NCBI GenBank assembly: GCA_964529675.1
Contig: CAZGXT010000001.1
Location: 4,337 to 68,336 of the forward strand
DNA: 64,000 nt
Direction: 5' to 3'
Source of the DNA: an uncultured Caulobacterales bacterium
Lineage (GTDB): Bacteria; Pseudomonadota; Alphaproteobacteria; Caulobacterales; Parvularculaceae
In this document: piece by piece, positions 59,128 through 64,000 of the stretch
Layout of the letters: each line of letters starts with the position of its first letter
Position numbering within the stretch: the stretch's first letter is position 1
The notes under the pieces: generated by a model
Told to the model about the DNA's origin: nothing
What the model saw: the letters and a program-made list of their open reading frames with translations, nothing else
Database searches by the model: none
Position numbers and translations under genes: made by a program

Positions 59128-61214
59128 GCGGCAAGTCCCGGATCGCCGTCGATATCGGCGGCACTTTCACCGACATCGCGATTGAGAACCCGGACGGCGC
59201 CCGGGTGACGGCGAAAGTGCTGACGACGCCCGAAGCGCCGGAGAAGGCGGTGATCGACGGCGTCGCCGCGGCCCTCGCCGGTGCTTCGCTGGCGCCGCAC
59301 GATGTCGGGCTGATCATTCACGGAACGACATTGGCGACCAATGCGCTCATCGAAAAGCGCGGCGCCGTCACGGCGCTCATCACGACCGAGGGCCATCGCG
59401 ACGCGCTTGAGATGGCCTATGAGCATCGCTTCGAACAATATGACGTGATAATCGACCGGCCGCCGCCGCTGGCGCCGCGCTGGCTGCGGTTGCCGGTGCG
59501 GGAACGGATGAATGCAGCCGGTGGGGTTCTGCTTCCCCTGAACGAAGACTCGGTCGCGTCAATTATTCCAGCGCTTGAGCGCGAGCGGGTCGAGAGCGTT
59601 GCGATCGGCTTGCTGCATTCCTATGCGAACGCCGATCATGAACGGCGGGTCGCGGAGCTTGTCGACCAAGCCATTCCCGGGCTCTCGATTTCATTGTCCA
59701 GCGAGGTCGCGCCGGAAATCCGCGAATATGAGCGGCAAACGACGACGGTCGCCAACGCCTATGTCCGCCCGCTGATGGAACGCTATCTGCGCGCCCTCGA
59801 AGCGGCGCTTCGCGGGCGCGGGTTCGGCTGCCCGTTCCTGCTCGTCACCTCCGGCGGCGGCCTCTGCACAGTGGAGACGGCGGCGAGATTCCCGATCCGG
59901 CTCGTCGAATCCGGCCCTGCCGGCGGCGCCGTCCTGGCGGCGTCGATCGCAAGGTCGCTCGACCTCGATCAGGTGCTCTCCTTCGACATGGGCGGGACGA
60001 CGGCGAAGATGTGCCTCATTGACAACGGCGCGCCCGCGACCGCGCGGCTGTTTGAGGTCGACCGCTCCTACCGGTTCAAGAAAGGATCCGGCACGCCGGT
60101 GCGCATACCCGTGATCGAACTGGTGGAGATCGGCGCGGGCGGCGGTTCGCTGGCGCGCGTCGATGCGATGAAACGCGTCACGGTCGGACCGGAGAGCGCG
60201 GGCGCCGCGCCCGGGCCTGCCTGTTACGGGCGCGGCGGCGCCCGCCCCGCAGTCACCGACGCTGACCTAACGCTCGGCCGCATTGAACCGGCCCGCTTTG
60301 CAGGCGGCGAGATATCCCCTGACGAAACCGCCGCTGCGCGGGCGCTGAGCGTCGAGATCGCCGAGCCGCTGGGCCTCGACATCGACGAGGCCGCCTACGC
60401 CGTCAGCGAGGTCGTCGATGAGAACATGGCGTCGGCGGCGCGCGCGCACGCCGTCGAGCAAGGCAAGGACATCCGGGCGCGGGCGCTGATCGCGTTCGGC
60501 GGGGCGGCGCCGTTGCACGCCGCGCGTCTCGCCGAAAAACTGGGGCTTAAGACTGTGATCGTACCGACGGGGGCGGGCGTCGGGTCGGCGATCGGATTTC
60601 TACTTGCGCCGGCGGCCTATGAAATCGTCCGCAGCCTGCCGATGCGCCTTGACCGCTTCGATGAGGGGCGCGTCGCTTCGCTCTTCGATGAAATGCGCAG
60701 AGAGGCCGAAGCGGTCGTTCGCGCCGCAGTCGGGGATGCTCCGCTGACGGAGGAACGGGCCGCCTTCATGCGTTATGCCGGTCAGGGCCATGAGATCGCG
60801 GTTCCCCTTTCCGCCGCCCATGCCGAAGGGGGCGGAAAAGGCGACCTTTTCACCGCCTTCGAGGACGCCTATCGGGCGATTTACGGCCGCATCATCCCGG
60901 GCATGCCCCCCGAAGTCATGAGCTGGTCGCTGAAGCTCTCTGCGCAAGCGCCGCCCAGACCAGCCGGCGAGGGCGCCGGCATGGTCCGGCCCCGAACGCC
61001 GGAAATTGGGAAGAGGCGCGCGGTCTATGACGCCGGCGCGCGCCGGCGCGTCGAATACGCGCTCTTCGACCGCGAGGCGCTGGCCCCTGGCGACCGCGTC
61101 GAGGGTCCGGCGCTCATCATCGAAGCGCAGACGACGACGGTCGTAACCGCGCGGTTTGACGGGCGCATCGATGCGGCGGGCAACATCGTCCTGACACGGA
61201 GGGTCGATTCATGA
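59124..61214 (+). CDS. Hydantoinase A / 5-oxoprolinase subunit A family
   Basis: DIGGTFTD, HGTTLATNAL, IREYER, ESGPAGG, DMGGTT, IGAGGGS, FGGAAPLHA; start moved to ATG 59124 (ATGA overlap). Confidence 0.93.
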   Translation: MSGKSRIAVDIGGTFTDIAIENPDGARVTAKVLTTPEAPEKAVIDGVAAALAGASLAPHDVGLIIHGTTLATNALIEKRGAVTALITTEGHRDALEMAYEHRFEQYDVIIDRPPPLAPRWLRLPVRERMNAAGGVLLPLNEDSVASIIPALERERVESVAIGLLHSYANADHERRVAELVDQAIPGLSISLSSEVAPEIREYERQTTTVANAYVRPLMERYLRALEAALRGRGFGCPFLLVTSGGGLCTVETAARFPIRLVESGPAGGAVLAASIARSLDLDQVLSFDMGGTTAKMCLIDNGAPATARLFEVDRSYRFKKGSGTPVRIPVIELVEIGAGGGSLARVDAMKRVTVGPESAGAAPGPACYGRGGARPAVTDADLTLGRIEPARFAGGEISPDETAAARALSVEIAEPLGLDIDEAAYAVSEVVDENMASAARAHAVEQGKDIRARALIAFGGAAPLHAARLAEKLGLKTVIVPTGAGVGSAIGFLLAPAAYEIVRSLPMRLDRFDEGRVASLFDEMRREAEAVVRAAVGDAPLTEERAAFMRYAGQGHEIAVPLSAAHAEGGGKGDLFTAFEDAYRAIYGRIIPGMPPEVMSWSLKLSAQAPPRPAGEGAGMVRPRTPEIGKRRAVYDAGARRRVEYALFDREALAPGDRVEGPALIIEAQTTTVVTARFDGRIDAAGNIVLTRRVDS

Positions 61215-62851
61215 CCGCCCCTGACGCCATCACGCTGCAGCTTCTTTGGTCGCGCCTCATCGCCATCGTTGAAGAACAGGCGCAGACGCTGATCCGCACC
61301 GCCTTCTCCGCGACCGTGCGTGAGGCCGGCGACCTGTCGGCGGGCGTTTTCGACACTAGGGGGCGGATGCTGGCGCAGGCCGTCACCGGCACGCCGGGCC
61401 ATGTCAACGCCATGGCGGCGAGCGTCGGTTTCTTCCTGCGGAAGTTTCCGCCGGACACGCTCGCGCCCGGCGACGTGCTCGTCACCAACGATCCGTGGGA
61501 GGGGACCGGGCACCTCAACGATTTCACCGTCGTCACGCCGGTCTTCCGCAGTGGGCGGCTGGTCGCTGTGTTCGCAGCGACATCGCACATCGCCGATGTC
61601 GGCGGCCTCGGTTTTGGGCCGGATGCGCGGCAGGTCTACGAAGAGGGCCTGCTGGTTCCAGTTTCAAAGCTGTTCGCCGCGGGCGTTCGAAATGAGACGC
61701 TTTTCGAGCTCATCCGCGCCAATGTTCGCGACCCGAATGCGGCGGAGGGCGATCTTTATTCGCTCGCGGCGTGCAACGAAACCGGCGCGCGCCGCCTTGT
61801 CGAGACGCTGGACGAGTTCGGCCTCGACGGCCTTGACGACGTCGGCGCGACGATCATCAAGAACTCGCGCGCGGCGATGCTCGACGAGATTCGCCGTGCG
61901 CCGTTCGGCGCCTTTGAGTATTCGATGCGCATCGACGGCTATGATGCGCCGGTCGATCTCGTCTGCCGGCTGACGATCGGCGATGGCGGCGTCGATGTCG
62001 ATTTCGCCGGGACCTCGCCGATATCGGCGCACGGCGTCAACGTCCCGCTCACCTATACGCAGGCCTACGCTTCGTTCGGCGTGCGCTGCGTCATCGGGAA
62101 CGAGGTTCCAAACAACGCCGGATCCCTCGGCGTCGTGCGCGTGACGGCGCCCGAGGGGTCTATACTTAATGCGCCGCGGCCTTGCGCCGTTTCCGCGCGG
62201 CATACGGTCGGACAGATGCTTCCCGACGTCGTGCTCGGCGCGCTGTCGAAGGCGATCCCCGATCGAACGCCGGCTGAAGGCGCCTCTTGCCTTTATCTTC
62301 CCGTGCTCATCGGCGGGCGCAGCATCGGCGGCGGCGAGGAATTCGTCGTCAACCCGTTCTACACCGGCGGCGCGGGCGCGCGGCCCGGCAAGGACGGACT
62401 GTCATGCACCGCATTCCCGTCGGGCGTGCGCAACACGCCGGTTGAGATCAACGAAGCGTCTGCGCCTGTCATCATCTGGCGAAAGGAATACAGAATTGAT
62501 TCCGGCGGGGCGGGGCGCTTGCGCGGGGGGCTCGGCCAGACGCTTGAATTTGAGCACGCTGAGGGTCGCGCTTTCGCGGTCTCCAAAATGTTTGATCGCA
62601 CGAAACATCCCGCGCGCGGCCGCGACGGGGGCGGGGCAGGGGCGCCAGGCGGGGCGCGGCTCGCCGATGGAACCCCGCTCAAAGGCATGGGCCGGGAAAT
62701 CATTCCGGCCGGCGCCCGGCTGATTGTCGAAACGCCGGGCGGGGGAGGACTCGGAAGCGCAGGTGATCGAAGTCGCGCGGCCGTTGGCGCCGATGTCCGC
62801 AACGGATTCGTCAGCGCGGATGCAGCGCAGAAGATTTACCGACAGCCATGA
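61211..62851 (+). CDS. Hydantoinase B / oxoprolinase family
   Basis: RTAFS..VREAGD, NDPWEGTGHLND, HIADVGG, DSGGAGRLRGG, ETPGGGG. Confidence 0.93.
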   Translation: MTAPDAITLQLLWSRLIAIVEEQAQTLIRTAFSATVREAGDLSAGVFDTRGRMLAQAVTGTPGHVNAMAASVGFFLRKFPPDTLAPGDVLVTNDPWEGTGHLNDFTVVTPVFRSGRLVAVFAATSHIADVGGLGFGPDARQVYEEGLLVPVSKLFAAGVRNETLFELIRANVRDPNAAEGDLYSLAACNETGARRLVETLDEFGLDGLDDVGATIIKNSRAAMLDEIRRAPFGAFEYSMRIDGYDAPVDLVCRLTIGDGGVDVDFAGTSPISAHGVNVPLTYTQAYASFGVRCVIGNEVPNNAGSLGVVRVTAPEGSILNAPRPCAVSARHTVGQMLPDVVLGALSKAIPDRTPAEGASCLYLPVLIGGRSIGGGEEFVVNPFYTGGAGARPGKDGLSCTAFPSGVRNTPVEINEASAPVIIWRKEYRIDSGGAGRLRGGLGQTLEFEHAEGRAFAVSKMFDRTKHPARGRDGGGAGAPGGARLADGTPLKGMGREIIPAGARLIVETPGGGGLGSAGDRSRAAVGADVRNGFVSADAAQKIYRQP

Positions 62852-63021
62852 CGATTTGAGCATCAGCGTCCGAAATCAGGCTCGCCGGCGCGATAAAACG
62901 TCATACCCTGTCTTGTTCCGGGGCATCGAAGGCCAAGACTTCGAAAGCGCTTCCAGCGGCGCGCAAGTCGAGGTTTTCCCCACCCCGCGCCTATTTGCCT
63001 AGTCCCGGCGCCATAGCCTAA

Positions 63022-64000
<979 letters not shown>

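Noticed and set aside
55762-62900. Genomic island with att sites at tRNA-Gly
   Set aside because: No integrase or transposase, and no repeat of the tRNA 3' end seen; horizontal origin cannot be shown from this window.

Overview
High-GC alphaproteobacterial chromosome segment. The divK-pleD pair, CtrA-like boxes, ATP12 and a short-form ProRS point to a Caulobacterales/Parvularculales/Rhizobiales-like organism; this is inferred from gene content. It is mostly core genome: dinB, divK-pleD, rpmG, greA, carD-fdxA-S4-helicase, rpmB, kbl, gyrA-coaD-two cyclophilins, degP-rarA-crcB-rluA-ATP12, lipB, proS-lolE-lolD, tRNA-Leu(GAG), tRNA-Gly(TCC) and a partial bkdA1. There are three accessory blocks. 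(i) About 14-27.3 kb: a gamma-glutamylation (polyamine-type) catabolic operon flanked by two exported amide hydrolases, a TPR-sulfotransferase and a TonB-dependent receptor. (ii) About 47.8-50.5 kb, after tRNA-Leu: small hypothetical genes (one behind a Fur-box-like palindrome), YbjQ, ArsR and an SDR. (iii) About 55.9-62.9 kb, after tRNA-Gly: a prolyl-hydroxylase-like 2OG-Fe(II) oxygenase, two tandem tyrosylprotein-sulfotransferase-like genes (the second with degenerate PAPS-binding/catalytic motifs), an SDR and hydantoinase/oxoprolinase A/B. The best candidate for an undescribed system is the hydroxylase + sulfotransferase + pseudo-sulfotransferase cassette. Next are the TonB/TPR-sulfotransferase/amidase polyamine locus and a CarD with an N-terminal histone-H1-like tail. 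No integrase, transposase, prophage or CRISPR array was seen. All calls come from reading motifs by eye; no database searches were run.
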